DNA of 64,000 nucleotides from Eledone cirrhosa (lineage: Eukaryota), in assembly GCA_964016885.1 (NCBI GenBank), contig OZ024756.1, positions 18,042,001 to 18,106,000 on the forward strand. The letters are read 5' to 3'. Of this stretch, positions 29,061 through 44,000 are shown piece after piece; the stretch's first letter is position 1; each line of letters opens with the position of its first letter. The notes beneath the pieces are model-generated. The model was given only the letters and a program-made list of their open reading frames with translations, searched no databases and had not been told where the DNA came from. The position numbers and the translations under genes were made by a program.

Positions 29061-32000
29061 CCACATGGCTTAGTGGTTGAGCTTGCAATCGAAAGGTTGT
29101 GAGTTCAATTCTCAGACCGGGCGATGTGTTGTTTCCTTGAGCAAGACACTTTATTTCACATTGCTCCAGTTTACTCAGCTCTATAGAAATGAGATGATAA
29201 GACTAGGGTTCTACTGCAAAGTGGTCGTGGAGGTGCCACGGCAAAAAAAGCATCCAGCACTCACTGTAAATGAGGTTGGTGTTAGGAAGGGCATCCAGCT
29301 GTAGAAATCAAGCCAAAATCAGTTCCCGTCCCATCCTTGCAAGCAGGGAAAAGCGGACTTAAAATGATGATGATGATATATATATATATACAAAGGTCAG
29401 CTGAAAACTTCATAGGCTGACCAAGATACATGGAATGACCAAATGAGGTTTATTTTTCAACATAGTCCTCAGGAAGAAACAATGCAGTTGTTAATAAGAG
29501 GATTTAAAATTAATGCATGCAACATTTCACAGCTTTAGCATCATTCTTTAATAGTCAGCCTATCAACTTTTCAGCTGACCCTCGTAGGCTAAACTATAAC
29601 ATTTCTTATCTAACACTTATTTCTCACTTTCTTTGTTGTCTACTTCCAGACAATCACAGGTATGATGCGGAAAAGTGACAACCAGGTAAGAAATCAAATC
29701 TTTCTTTGCATTCCCTTACCAAAAGATTGTATTGAAGGGGTTAGGTAGCAAATAAGAACTTACATATATGGGTGTGTTTTGTTGTTGCAGCAGGGTGAAT
29801 TCCTTCTAATGCTACATAAAAATAATTGATAGCTTTTTTTAACCTACTGAGTTAACCCTTTAGCATTTACATTACTCTATATTTACTATTGTATTTCCAG
29901 TGTAAACACTTTATCTCACATAATATTGAATCTATGAGATTTTGATGTTATTTATTTTGAGAACAATACCTTAACGTCAATATGAGCAGCCAGTTATGGC
30001 CGGTTTGAACAGGAGGAGGTGAAAGAATTCTGGCTGGATACAGTCGGTTTAAATGCTAAAGGGATTAAACCTAACGACTTATCATGTACTGAGGGTAAAC
30101 TGGTCAGGTGACCGTGTCTTGCTCAAGTGAACCATTTTGGGGCGTGGTTTTCTATGGCTGGATGGGGGACACCAAAATTGTCTTTACCCATAGTTGCTCA
30201 TAACCTTTCTACATGATTCAATTAATCTAAGCTGCAGTCGAAGGACTGAAACCAGTAAAAGTGTGGCAGTGTCCCAGCATGGCTTCAGTCAAAGAACTGA
30301 AACCAGTAAAAAAAGGTGTGGCAGTGTCCCAGCATGGCCGCAGTCAAATGACTGAAATGTGAGATCAGAGAGTCGTTCCAGGTAGAGCTGCTCTTCACCA
30401 TATTGAGAGATCACAGCTCTGATATTACGCTTAGAATGTCTCAAGAAAAAATTGCTGACAAATTTTATGGGCAAAACCAACCCCAGTAGGAGACCCTGAG
30501 GTAAAGAATTGCTGAATGGGCAGATTTTACAGGCAAAGCCGACTGGCAGGAGACCCAGAGGGAAGCCATATGCAAGATAGTTGGATAACATCCATGAGCT
30601 TGGCTGGTCCCACTTGGGGATCCAGCTGGATCAATTGGAGACGGTTACTTCTGACAGGACTCTCTGGAAGGCATGTCTGAGGACACTGCCCCATACAATC
30701 CTCTCGGAAATAAGTGGGCAAAGAAGAAGAAAATTTGGGAAGAACTGACATTTTTTTGTATCTTTATGTTAATTTTTATTTCAGAAATTTTGTCAGTCAG
30801 TTCCTGTTGGTGTTATTCCACTGGGTCAGCAGAATAGATTTGCAACATTGTTGTTTGGACAAGACATAAATCAAGTCAAGTAGGTTTATATTTTTGTTGT
30901 TCCATAATCATCATTTTTAACCCTTTAGTATTTACATTACTCTATATATCCTATTGTTTTTTCACAGTAAAGGCTTTACCTCACATAATATCTCACATAG
31001 CATTTACATTACTCTATATATACTATTGTATTTTCACAGTAAAGGCTTTACCTCACAAAATATCTCACATAGCATTTACATTACTCTATATATCCTATTG
31101 TATTTTCACAGTAAAGGCTTTACCTCACATAATATCTCACATAGCATTTACATTACTCTCATCATCATCATCATCACCGTTTTACGTCCGTTCTTCCACG
31201 CTAGCATGGGTTAGACAAAACTCTCACATAGCATTTACATTACTCTATATATACTATTGTTTTTTCATAGTAAAGGCTTTACCTCATATAATATCTCACA
31301 TAGCATTTACATTACTCTATATATACTATTGTTTTTTCATAGTAAAGGCTTTACCTCACATAATATCTCACATAGCATTTACATTACTCGATATATATAC
31401 TATTGTTTTTTTCACAGTAAAGGCTTTACCTCACATAATATCTCACATAGCATTTACATTACTCTATATATACTATTGTTTTTTCATAGTAAAGGCTTTA
31501 CCTCACATAATATCTCACATAGCATTTACATTACTCTATATATATACTATTGTTTTTTCATAGTAAAGGCTTTACCTCATATAATATCTCACATAGCATT
31601 TACATAACTCTATATATACTATTGTTTTTTCATAGTAAAGGCTTTACCTCACATAATATCTCACATAGCATTTACATTACTCTATATATACTATTGTTTT
31701 TTCATAGTAAAGGCTTTACCTCACATAATATCTCACATAGCATTTACATTACTCTATATATACTATTGTTTTTTCATAGTAAAGGCTTTACCTCACATAA
31801 TATCTCACATAGCATTTACATTACTCTATATATACTATTGATTTTTCATAATAAAGGCTTTACCTCACATAATATCTCACATAGCATTTACATTACTCTA
31901 TATATATACTATTGTTTTTTCATAGTAAAGGCTTTACCTCACATAATATCTCACATAGCATTTACATTACTCTATATATACTATTGTATTTTCACAGTAA

Positions 32001-35000
32001 AGGCTTTACCTCATAATATCTCACATAGCATTTACATTACTCTATATATATACTATTGTATTTTCATGGTAAAGGCTTTACCTCGTATAATTATCTCACA
32101 TAATATCGAATCTATGAGATTTTGGTATTATTTATTTTGAGAACAATACTTTAAAGTCAGTATGAGTGGCCGATTATGGATGGTTTGAACAAAAAGAGGC
32201 AATATATGCAGATTTCTGGCCGGTTATGGCCAGTTTAAATGCTAAAGGGTTAAAGCGGTGAATTGGCAGAGTCATTAAAATATTAGATAGAATGTTTTGC
32301 AGTCTTCATTTTGTCTCTCTTCTCTCTCAGTTCAAATCCCGTCGAGGTCAACTTTGCCTTTCATCCATTCCAGATCAATAAAAAAAGTACCAGTTTAGTA
32401 CTGGGGTCGATTCTTCCTCTAGATCTATTTCATACTTTAATTTTTGCACTCTCTATCCTTCTCTGGAAAAAAATCTGCTATATTCAGACCTGGAGAGGAG
32501 ATGGGCTCTGCCAGGTTTAAAAATGCCCAAGAAATGTTATATGTCAATACAATGCCCCTACAACTCCATCAACAGTTACAGGCACGTGTATACACATACA
32601 TACATACACACATATATATATACATACACACACACACATACATACTTACACACACACGCACACACACATATATACACACACACATATACATACACACATA
32701 CATACTTACAGACATACATATATACAGACTTACATACATACAGACATACATATATACAGACTTACATACACACATACATACATATATATATATATATACC
32801 TACATACACACCCCACATATAACCTAGCTCTATTCTGAAATCAATAAACTCCTATGACATCCTTTCAATAATTTTGACAGATTCATTATGGACGCTGCAA
32901 TGGCCGTGATCAAATCTGTAATAAAACCAGTAGATGTCCTAGAAATAAAGGTAACGTTGATTATTTTCAGTGATTCTTCTCTTATAAAACTCTTTCAGCA
33001 TACCATCATCAGAAGAAGGGAGGTGGACATAAAGGCCAAACTCACTATCTTCAATTCGGTATTCATGCCAACCCTTACCTACAGTCATGAATCTTGAGTA
33101 ATGACCGAAAAAATGTGATCGTGAATACAAGCGGCCAAAATGGCGTCCCTCCAAAGGGTCTTTGGAGTAACATTATTCGATAAAGTGCATAGCTCGGAGA
33201 TCAGAGAGCCGCTACTTCTCCGAATTGAGAGATCACAGCTCCGATACTTTGGCCATTTGGTTAAAATGTCACAGGAAAGAATCGCTGGACAGATTTTACG
33301 GGCAAAAACAACAGGTAGGAGACCCAGGGGTAGACCCCGAGCAAGATGGTTGGATAAGATCCATGAGCTTGGCTGGTCTCGCTTGGGGATCCAGCCGGAT
33401 CAGTTGGAGGTGGTTGCTTCTGACAGAACCCGCTGGAGGGAGTGTTTGAAGACTCTGTCCCCACGACCCTCTCAGGAATAAGTAAGCGAAGACGAAGAAG
33501 AAGATAAAACCCTTGTCCTATGTTATTTGCCATTGTTGTGGTTTTGTGGTTAGGGGATTCGGCTCACAATTGTAAGTTCGTGAGTTCGATTCCCGACGGC
33601 AAATTGTGTCCTTGAGCAAGACACTTTATTTCACGTTGCTCCAATCCGCTCAGCTGGCAAAAGTGAGTTGCAATTGTAATTCGAAAGGTCAACCTTGTCA
33701 CATTAGTGTCATACTAAATCTCCCTGAGAATTATGGTACGGGTACACGTGTTTATAGAATGCTCAGCCACTTGCACGTTAATTTCACAAGCAGTCTGTTC
33801 TCTTGATCTGCTGGACTGAAACACTCGCCGTCGTAACCAACAGGGTGCCTTCTCTTTCTCTTAACCCTAGGTCTACTCTGATCCAGGAAACCTATGATCA
33901 AACACTTAGTCATGGTTATCCCATAATTTTTTTATTTGGGGTTGATTTTTATTTTTTTTTATTATTTTTTTTTTTTTTAGTTTAGAATAGAGTAGACAAA
34001 GCTTGTTAGACATGGTTGGCAGTCTGTTTAGGAGAAGGATTTCTCTGATTTCAAAACTGAGGTAGATGGGATTCCTTAGTCACCTTGATGTCAACCTTTC
34101 AAGTGGCCAATGGCTTCATCCTTGTGATGAAGATGGATGAGCTGCAGCTTGATAACCAGCATGGGTTCCTAGTTTAAGTCTCTGTTTCTTTTCATTCCAG
34201 ACTGACGATGGTAAAAACACATACGCTATGTCTGGTTTACAACTTGGTGTCTATAATGATGCTCAAACACGGAAGTCAAAGTAAGATGGTTATTGTTGGT
34301 GTTGTTGCTCTTGTTGTTCTTGTTGTTTAACCCCAGGTCAGTCATGATTGAGCAGACCTATGATTAACCCTTTAGCATTTAAACCGGCCATATCCAGCCA
34401 GAATTCTCTCACCACTTTCTGTTCAAACTGGCTGTAACCGGCTGCACATACTGATATTAAGGTATTGTTCTCAAAATAAATAATATCAAAATCTCATAGA
34501 TTTAATATTATGTGAGATAATTATGTGAAATAAAGTGGTTACCCTAAAATATAATAGTAAATATTGAGTAAAGCAAATACTAAAAGGTTAAAGCTGCTAG
34601 TTGTCACCATCCAGGGGTTTTTGTGTCTAAATATATGTGTACACATGCTGTCTTATTGTATACTGAGATGTAAATCTATGTGTACACATTTGTTACTGTG
34701 TCTAGATCTATGTGTACACTTATATTGTTTAAATCTGTGTACACTCGTGTCTAAATCTGTGTACACTTGTGTCTAGCTCTATGTGTACACTTGTGTTACT
34801 GTGTCTAGCTCAATGTGTACACTTGTGTTATTGTGTATAGCTCTATGTGTACACTTGTGTTACTGTGTCTAGCTCAATGTGTACACTTGTGTTATTGTGT
34901 ATAGCTCTATGTGTACACTTGTGTTATTGTGTCTAGCTCTATGTGTACACTCATGTTACTGTGTCTAGATCTATGTGTACACTCGTGTTATTGTGTCTAG

Positions 35001-38000
35001 CTCAATGTGTACACTTGTGTTATTGTGTCTAGCTCTATGTGTACACTCGTGTTACTGTATCTAGATCTATGTGTACACTTGTGTTACTGTGTCTAGATCT
35101 ATGTGTACACTCGTGTTACTGTGTCTAGATCTATGTGTACACTCATGTTATTGTGTCTAGCTCAATGTGTACACTTGTGTTATTGTGTCTAGATATATGT
35201 GTACACTTGTGTTATTGTATCTAGCTCTATGTGTACACTTGTGTAACTGTGTCTAGATCAATGTGTACAAGCTCAATGTGTACACTTGTGTTATTGTGTC
35301 TAGATCTATGTGTACACTTGTGTTATTGTGTCTAGATCAATGTGTACACTTGTTGTTATTGTGTCTAGCTCAATGTGTACACTTGTGTTATTGTGTCTAG
35401 ATCTATGTGTACACTCGTGTTACTGTGTCTAGATCTATGTGTACACTCATGTTATTGTGTCTAGCTCTATGTGTACACTTGTGTAACTGTGTCTAGCTCT
35501 ATGTGTACACTCATGTTACTGTGTCTAGATCTATGTGTACACTCATGTTACTGTGTCTAGATCTATGTGTACACTCGTATTACTGTGTCTAGCTATATGT
35601 GTACACTCATGTTATTGTGTCTACCTCAATGTGTACACTTGTGTTATTGTGTTTAGCTCTGTGTGTACACTCATGTTACTGTGTCTAGATCTATGTGTAC
35701 ACTCATGTTACTGTGTCTAGATCAATGTGTACACTCATGTTATTGTGTCTAGCTCAATGTGTACACTTGTGTAACTGTGTCTAGCTCTATGTGTACACTT
35801 GTGTTACTGTGTCTAGATCTATGTGTACACTCGTGTTACTGTGTCTAGATCTATATGTACACTCGTGTTATTGTGTCTAGATCTATGTGTACACTCGTGT
35901 TACTGTGTCTAGATCTATGTGTACACTCGTGTTATTGTGTCTAGCTCTATGTGTACACTTGTGTAACTGTATCTAGATCTATGTGTACACTCGTGTTATT
36001 GTGTCTAGCTCTATGTGTACACTCGTGTTACTGTGTCTAGCTCCATGTGTACACTTGTGTAACTGTGTCTAGCTCTATGTGTACACTCGTGTTACTGTGT
36101 CTAGATCTATGTGTACACTCGTGTTACTGTGTCTAGCTCTATGTGTACACTCGTGTTACTGTGTCTAGATCTATGTGTACACGTATTATTGTGTCTAGCT
36201 CCATGTGTGTATCTATTTCAGATATTGGTACTTTGGCCCATTGAAGTCTTACTGGACATATCTTCGTACTGCAATGAAGAAATGGCCACCAGCTGTCACA
36301 TTAAACATGGAATATGTACCGTCCAGTGCTGGTTTGACTGTGAAAAAGGTTGCGGCATCCAGTGAGGACAAACAGTCTAAAAGATGGTCGTTATTCAATT
36401 TCTTATACAAATATAAAGTGCCTGAACTAAGTAAGTTGCTTGATGGACATATGTTTCATTTTAACACTTTAGTATTTAAACCGGTCGTATCCAGCCAGAA
36501 TTCTCTCACCTCTTTCTATTCAAACCAGCTGTAACTGGTTGCTCATATTAATGTTAAGGTATTGTTCTCAAAATATATAATATCAAAATCGCATAGATTC
36601 GATATTATGTGAAGTCTTTACCATGAAAATATAATAGTATATATATAGAATGATGTAAATGCTAAAGGGTTAATGTCTGAAGATGGGGGACAATGGTGTT
36701 TTAACACTTTCATCGCTGTTTCTCTAATGAAATACACTCTATTTCAATTAATTAGAGGATTTACGAGTGGTGGTAAGAGACTCTCGGGAGAGCTAGACAT
36801 CAGAAGGTCTTCACAGAAGAAGAACTTCCTTAAGCAAGTGTTTCAGCCCTTAACTTCTTTACTATGATAGTAATCTAACTTATGGTTCTTTTATAAAAAA
36901 TATGTTGGACAATTTTAATATAAATAGGAAGCCTTTTAAATGGGTGGTTTTGTTTCATTGAACCAGAGTTTTTATTAAAGGGGTTAGTTAATTAACTAGC
37001 ATTTAGTAATTGTAGGGTTGAATTAACTATTTTTTTTCATTTTGGGGGTCATGACAAAAAATGCCCAGTCCACACTATAAAGTGGTCGAATGGGTGTCAT
37101 GACAAAAAGCACCCAATCCACCTTGTAAAGTGGTTGTGTAAGTACCATGATAAAAAAATCACCCAGTCCACGCTGTAAAATGGTCGTGTAGGAGTCACAA
37201 CAAAGACACCCAGTCACCCTGTAAAGTGGTTGTGTAGGTGTCGTGATAAAAAGCATCCAGTCTACACTATAAAGTGGTTGTTTTGGTATCACGACAAAAG
37301 CACCCAATCCACACTGTAAATGAGGTTGGTGTTAGGAAGGAAGGACATCCAGCCGTAAAAACCAAGCCAGAAACAGTCCTGTATGAACAAGATATGGTCA
37401 CCTGATTTTACTTGTCTCTCAACGGGACAACTCGTCTAACCCATGCTGGCATAAAAAAATGGACATTAACCCTTTAGCATTTAAACCGGCCATATCCAGC
37501 CAGAATTCTCTTGCCTCTTTCTGTTCAAATTGACTGTACCTGGCTGCTCATGCTGATGTTAAGGTATTGTTCTCAAAATAAATAATATCAAAATCTCATA
37601 GATTTGATATTATCTGAGATAAAAACTTTGCCGTGAAAATACAATAGTAAATATAGAATAATGTAAATGGTTAAATGATGGAGGCACATGGCTTAGTGGT
37701 TAGAGCATTGGCCTTGCAATCAAAAGGTTGTGAGTTCAATTCTCAGACCGGGTGATGTGTTGTTTCCTTGAGCAAGGCACTTTATTTCACATTGCTCCAG
37801 TTTACTCAGCTGTAGAAATGAGATGATAGGGACTGAGGTCCCTATCATTCCACGGCAAAAAAGCACCCAGCACTCACTGTAAATGAGGTTGGTGTTAGGA
37901 AGGGCATCCAGCTGTAGAAATCAAGCCAGAATCAGTTCCCGTCCCACCCTTGCAAGCAGGGAAAAGTGGACATAAAATGAAATGATGATGATAATGGTGG

Positions 38001-41000
38001 TGATTTTGTTTGCCGATTCTAATATGTTCCCTTTTTTTTCTATTTTTTGACAGCTTATGTTGAAGAATATGAAGTTGAAGACAAAGATTGGCTTCAGAAA
38101 GAAGTATCCACCGTAGAATTAACTGTCACACCTGGAACTTCTCATAATATTAATCTGGTTAGTTTCTAGAGATTTCTTACATTTGTGTTAGCATCTACAT
38201 CAGAGGTTCTCAAAGTGGGTGCTACTGCCCCTTTCTCGGGGTGGTTAGCGCTACATATATATAAATGTAGTAACGATACATATATATATATATAAATATA
38301 GTAAAATAAGAAAATATAGATTTATTTATTTATATAAATTGATGATTTTATTTATTATATATTATTTACAATTTGTGTGTAGGCAGGTCTCTCTGGAAAT
38401 AGAGTTGGAGTGCACTGAGGATGTTATGTGACTGTGATTTCTTTTTTTTTTTTGGGGGGGGGGGAACCTCTGATCTACATTACACTAGCATTCTTGGTGT
38501 CGGAACATAATACCCATAATCTTCTTACCTTCCTTCCTTCTATCCTCCCTCCCTCCCTCTTGTTTCTGTGAGAGGCCCAACATTATCATATCCGACCTCA
38601 CTGATTCTTTCTTCTAAAATCTTCCTCAGTTTTTCTCTTCTACCAGTAACCAGGGTCTCCAAGAGAAATTTTACAAAGTGGTACAAGACCACTTTGGGGC
38701 CTCGAAGCAGGCAAAGATTTTTATCAAAATGGATGTTGCATGGTTGCTGTGGGGTCTTCTTAGCTCTTGGGGGGCCCCCCGGAACAAGGTACTGGCTGGA
38801 CCCCCACCTCTGATAGGCCCTGCCAGTAACCTTCACCAACATCCCACAGTACTGTTGTTAAAAAAGCATTCATCATTCGTTCACATCACAAGTCTTATAT
38901 AGTCATCCCTGTTGCACTCATTCACCGATGCCTTTCATGACCAATCATCACCACCACCATCATCATCACCACCACCATCATCACCACCATCATCACCACC
39001 ACCACCATCATCACCACCACCACCACCACCATCATCACCATCACCACCGCCACCATCATATAACATCCATTTTCCCTGCTAGCAAATGTCAGACAAGTCA
39101 TCACAGACCAGTCACTGCTGGAGCAGAGTCTCCTGACGTCCAGGTGGGCCAGGGTCCTAACATATGATCCAGTGCTCTACTGAGTACAAATATTATCAGG
39201 ACACCAACAGTAGGGAGTTTGTCAAGTCAATGGCACAAGTGAAGACTCTCCCCGACCTTTTATTTGGCAGGGTTTTCTATATGGCTGGATTCCTCACTTT
39301 ACAGAGTGTACTGGGTTCATTTATCATGTAGACCACCAGCACTGAGAAGTTTGTCTATTATTGTTATTCAAGGGCGGTAGATTGGCAATAATCGGTAGAG
39401 CATTGGACGTGTTGCAACATAGAGTTACGGCCCTTCACGTCCTGAGTTCAATTCTTGCTGAGGTTAGCTTTGCCTTTCATCCTTACAGGGCCAATAAAAT
39501 AAAGTACCAGTAATGCACTGAGGTCGATTTAATCGACTTTCCCCTCCCCTTCAAATTGCTGGCCTTGTGCCTAAAGTAGAAACAATTATTATTCAACTGA
39601 GATTGACCTGAGGGGCCAATAAAGAAATAATTACTATTTTGACTAAGAATTTTTTTATTTTATTTTCCAGGAAACAAGTATCTTAGATATAGGCATTGGT
39701 CCTGCTTCACCAGAGAAAAGCTCTGTGATAAAAGAAGGGTAAGTATCTATATATGTTTTCATTATCATCATCATCATCTAACGTCTATCTTCCACGCTAG
39801 CATGGGTTAGATGGGTTTGTCCTACTCAAGGCAAGTTGGGTCGGGTGACTGTCTCGCGTTCATATAGGACTGTTTCTGGCTGGTTTTCTACAGCTGGATG
39901 TCCTTCCTAATGCCAACCACATTTACAGCGTGTGCTGTGTGCTTTTTTGTTGTGACACCTACACAACCACTTTACAGTGTGGGGCTGGATGTTTTGTCTA
40001 TATATGTTTTTAGTATCTATCGTCATAATCATCACCGTTTAATGTCCATTTTTCCATGCTGGTGACCATGTCTTGCTCATACAGAACCGATTCTGGCTTG
40101 GTTTCTACAAAATAGTGTGTACCCATCTTTGAGTAGGTACACTGTGTCCCTGTATGTATCCTGTTTAGCATAGGAACACTGTATTCCTGTGTGTACCTAG
40201 TTTAAAATAGGTATACTATCGTACTCAGTTTAGAAAAGATATGCTGTATCCCTGTCTCTACCTAGTTTACAATAGGTATACTATCCCTGTGTGTATCTAG
40301 TTTACAATAGGTACACTGTATTCCTGTGTGTACTCAATTTTATCTAAGAACCTGTATTAAGTTATGTTCCAAACATCAGCTTCATAATGATTTTTAATTT
40401 AGGCACAAGGTCAGCAAATATGGGAGATGGGCAAAGTTGATTAAATCAACACCAATACTTGACTGGTACTTCATTTTATCGTACCCCAGAATAATGAAAG
40501 GCAAAGATGACATTGGCGAGATTTGAACTCAGCATGTAAAGAGCCAGGACAAACACAGCAATAGCATTTTATCCAACACTCTACCAATTCTGTGAATCCA
40601 TGACTCCACAAATTCTTCCAAAATCTTGATTATTTTCAAAATTATTTGGAAATAATAGGTGGTGTCTTTCATTAGAAATATGTCAATAAAAAGGTTAGGC
40701 TTGTGACTTTGTAACTGTGTGGTCAGTCTAGTGCTGGATTTACCATTGTGTTTAGGTGTGCTTAAGCACAAGGCCCTGCCAAAAATAATTTTTATGATGA
40801 ATTTTTTAAATGTTAGGGGCTTCATAACTTAACCATTTAGCATTTACATTACTCTATATATACTATTGTATTTTTGTGTTAAAGACTTTACCACACATAA
40901 TTATCTCACATAATATCAAATCTATGAGATTTTGATGTTATTTATTTTGAGAATAATACCTTAATATCAGTATGAGTGGCCAGTTTGAACAAAGATGAAA

Positions 41001-44000
41001 GAATTCTGGCCAGATACAGCTGGTTTAAATGCTAAAGGGTTAACTAACTCAGGGCCTCATTTGTCATAAATCCAGCACTGGTCAGTCACTTTAAATTTAC
41101 AGTCTGCATATCTCTGATTGTTATAATTAATTATTTTTATCTTTCTTTCCTCTTTATTCAGATGGGACAGAGCTAAACATAGACGTTTAAAGCTTGGCAC
41201 TGAAGGAAATAACCATTTAAAGGCTCACAAGTTGAAGCTGTCACCTGTTGTTGAAGAGGTAATTAAAATAACCTTACTACTATAACACTGTGAAGGCTTA
41301 GTGGTTAGATCATTGGACTTACAATTGGGAGGTTATGAGTTTGATTCCCAGACTGGACAATGTGTTGTAACCTTGAGCAAACCACTTTTTCATGTTGCTC
41401 CAGTTCACTCAGCTGTAGAAATGAATTATGATGTCACTGGTGCAAAGCTGTATCGGCCATTGCCTTTCCCTTGTACAACATATATAGTGTATGTTGTGAT
41501 GTCACTCGTGCCAAGCTATATCGGTCATTGCTTTTCCCTTGGACAACATTGGTGGCATGGAGAGGGAAGACTGGTATGTATGGGTGACAGCTGGTCTTCC
41601 ACCTTGCCCAGACTTGTGCCTGAGAGGGGAACTTTCTAGGTGCAAATCCCATGGCCATACGTGATCAAAGGTGGTCTTTACCTTTTCACAATAACACTGA
41701 TATTTATTCCTCCTGTTGTTGTTTTTAATCATGTAGATAACTGAATAAGTGTGATTTATATGAAATGTATTGGTTATTGATGTGCTGAATAGATGGAATT
41801 TATAGGAAAATTATCATTGGTTTTTATATGTAAGTTATATTAAATACATTGACTAGTGTATGTCATCATCATCATCGTCATCATCACCATTTAACCCTTT
41901 AGCATTTAAACAAAACATGCCGTATCCGACCAGAATTCTCTCACTTATTTCTGTTCAAACCAGCCATAACTGGCCACTCACACTGATACTAAGGTATTGT
42001 TCTCAAAATAAATAATATCAAAATCTCATAGAAACAATATTATGTGAAATAAAACCTTTACCACGAAAATATAATAGTATATATAGAGTAATGTAAATGC
42101 TAAATGGTGAATGTCCATTTTTCCATGCCACCATGGGTTAGCTTGGTTGTCCCATTGAGAGACAAGTCAGATCCGGTGACCATGTCTTGCTCATACAGAA
42201 CAGATTCTGGTTTGGTTTCTACAGATGGATGCCCTTCCTAACATCAACCACATTTACAGTGAGGCCTGGGTGCTTTTTATTGCAGCACCAAATCAACCAC
42301 TTTACAGTGTGAGCTGGGTACTTTTTGTTGTGACACCCACACAACCACTTCAGAGTGGGCTGGACATTTTTTGATGTGGCACCAAAACGACCACTAGATT
42401 CGCTAATGTATATAAGAGAAAGATTTAACTTAATAGGTGTAATATATATGATAAACATTCGCTAATGTATCAGCTAGCTAACTGAATAGGTGTATTATCA
42501 TTATCATCGTTATATGTCTGCTTCTCCTGCTAGCAAGGGTTGGATTGGTCATCAGCAGACCACATTGGTACACAAAGCTCCATTACTGACCCCTGGGTGC
42601 CTGCATCTCACTTACAATATATTCCTGCACCCAAATGAGTGATTAGACAGGCCAGCAGCCAGGAACTCTTACAAGTATGTTTTATTGTGGCACCAGCACT
42701 AGGGAGGCTGTCGTGCCTTTCACACGTGCGTGAAAAAAAAAACCTTTTCTATGACTGATACCCTACCTATCACTAACCACTACTGAGTAATGTACTGGAT
42801 GTATTTATTGTGTAGTTCACCAAAATTAGGGAGGTTTTAGACACAGCTGAAGTCCTCCTGACCCTGTGTTTGACAGTTTTTCTATGGCTGGAGACCCTTT
42901 CTGTCACCAACCACTTTGCAGAGTGCACTGTGTGTGTCTATCATGTACCCCACCAACACTAGAGAGGTAGTCATGTCTTGGACACAGTTGAAGTCTTCCT
43001 GATTTTTATATGGCTGGGTACCCTTCTTATCTATCCCTAACCACTTTACAGGGTGTACTAGGTGTGTTTATTGTGTAGATCACCAACACTAGGGAGGTTG
43101 TCTTGTCTTAGACATGACTGAGGAATCCTCTTGATGCTTTGTTTAACAGGTTTTCTATGGCTGGATACCCTCCCTATCACCAACCACTTTACAGAGTCTA
43201 CTGGGTGTTTATATTGTATAAATTACCAACACTAGAGAGACCAGCTGAACAGTCCTTCCAACATTTTGTTAAGCAAGTTTTCAACAGCTGGATGACCTTT
43301 CTACTATATACATATATATGAGGGACATATTATACACACACACACACACACACATATATAAATATATTTATGTTAAAAAAACAACCAAGACATTGAGGTC
43401 ACCATAGAGGCGACTGAAAGGAATATAGGGAATTTAAGGATTAAGGAAGCCGTTTTCATCAGCAAAATAAAACCAGAGAAAAATAACTGGTCAGAAATGG
43501 ACAAGGCAGAATAGTTACTGTAGCAACCCCACGCATGGGTATGTGTTTTGCAAACACATAGACCAGTTAGGGAAGAAAACTCTGGTTGCTTGTTTGTTTT
43601 GTCTTAGACTATTTCAGCTTCACATCTGAAAAGAGGTTATTAGGCCTAAAATATGCTAAAATACTGGGTAAAACATTGCTGTTTTGTTTTGTTTCGTCAT
43701 AATTTGCCCTTTGTATTTTCTATTACATTTTACCAGCATTTAAAAAAGTTATCAGTATTTTACAATATATATATATATTTATATGAGGGACAGATAACTA
43801 GATAGGTGTAATTTATGGAAGACATTGTGGGGGTAAAAAGAAACTATATTTTCATTGGTTGATAGGTTTCTTGAGAGAAGTATTTGTAGTAGACTGTACC
43901 CTAAAAACTTGTATAAGATGTAATGAATGTTGGGTGTCACAGATAAGACCCTTTTGGAGTGTATGGAGTATTAGAGATGTGTGTGTGTGTGTATATATAT

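Noticed and set aside
33140-33481. 113-aa ORF inside AGK intron 8
   Set aside because: RTE LINE C-terminus with upstream in-frame stops; not a host gene.
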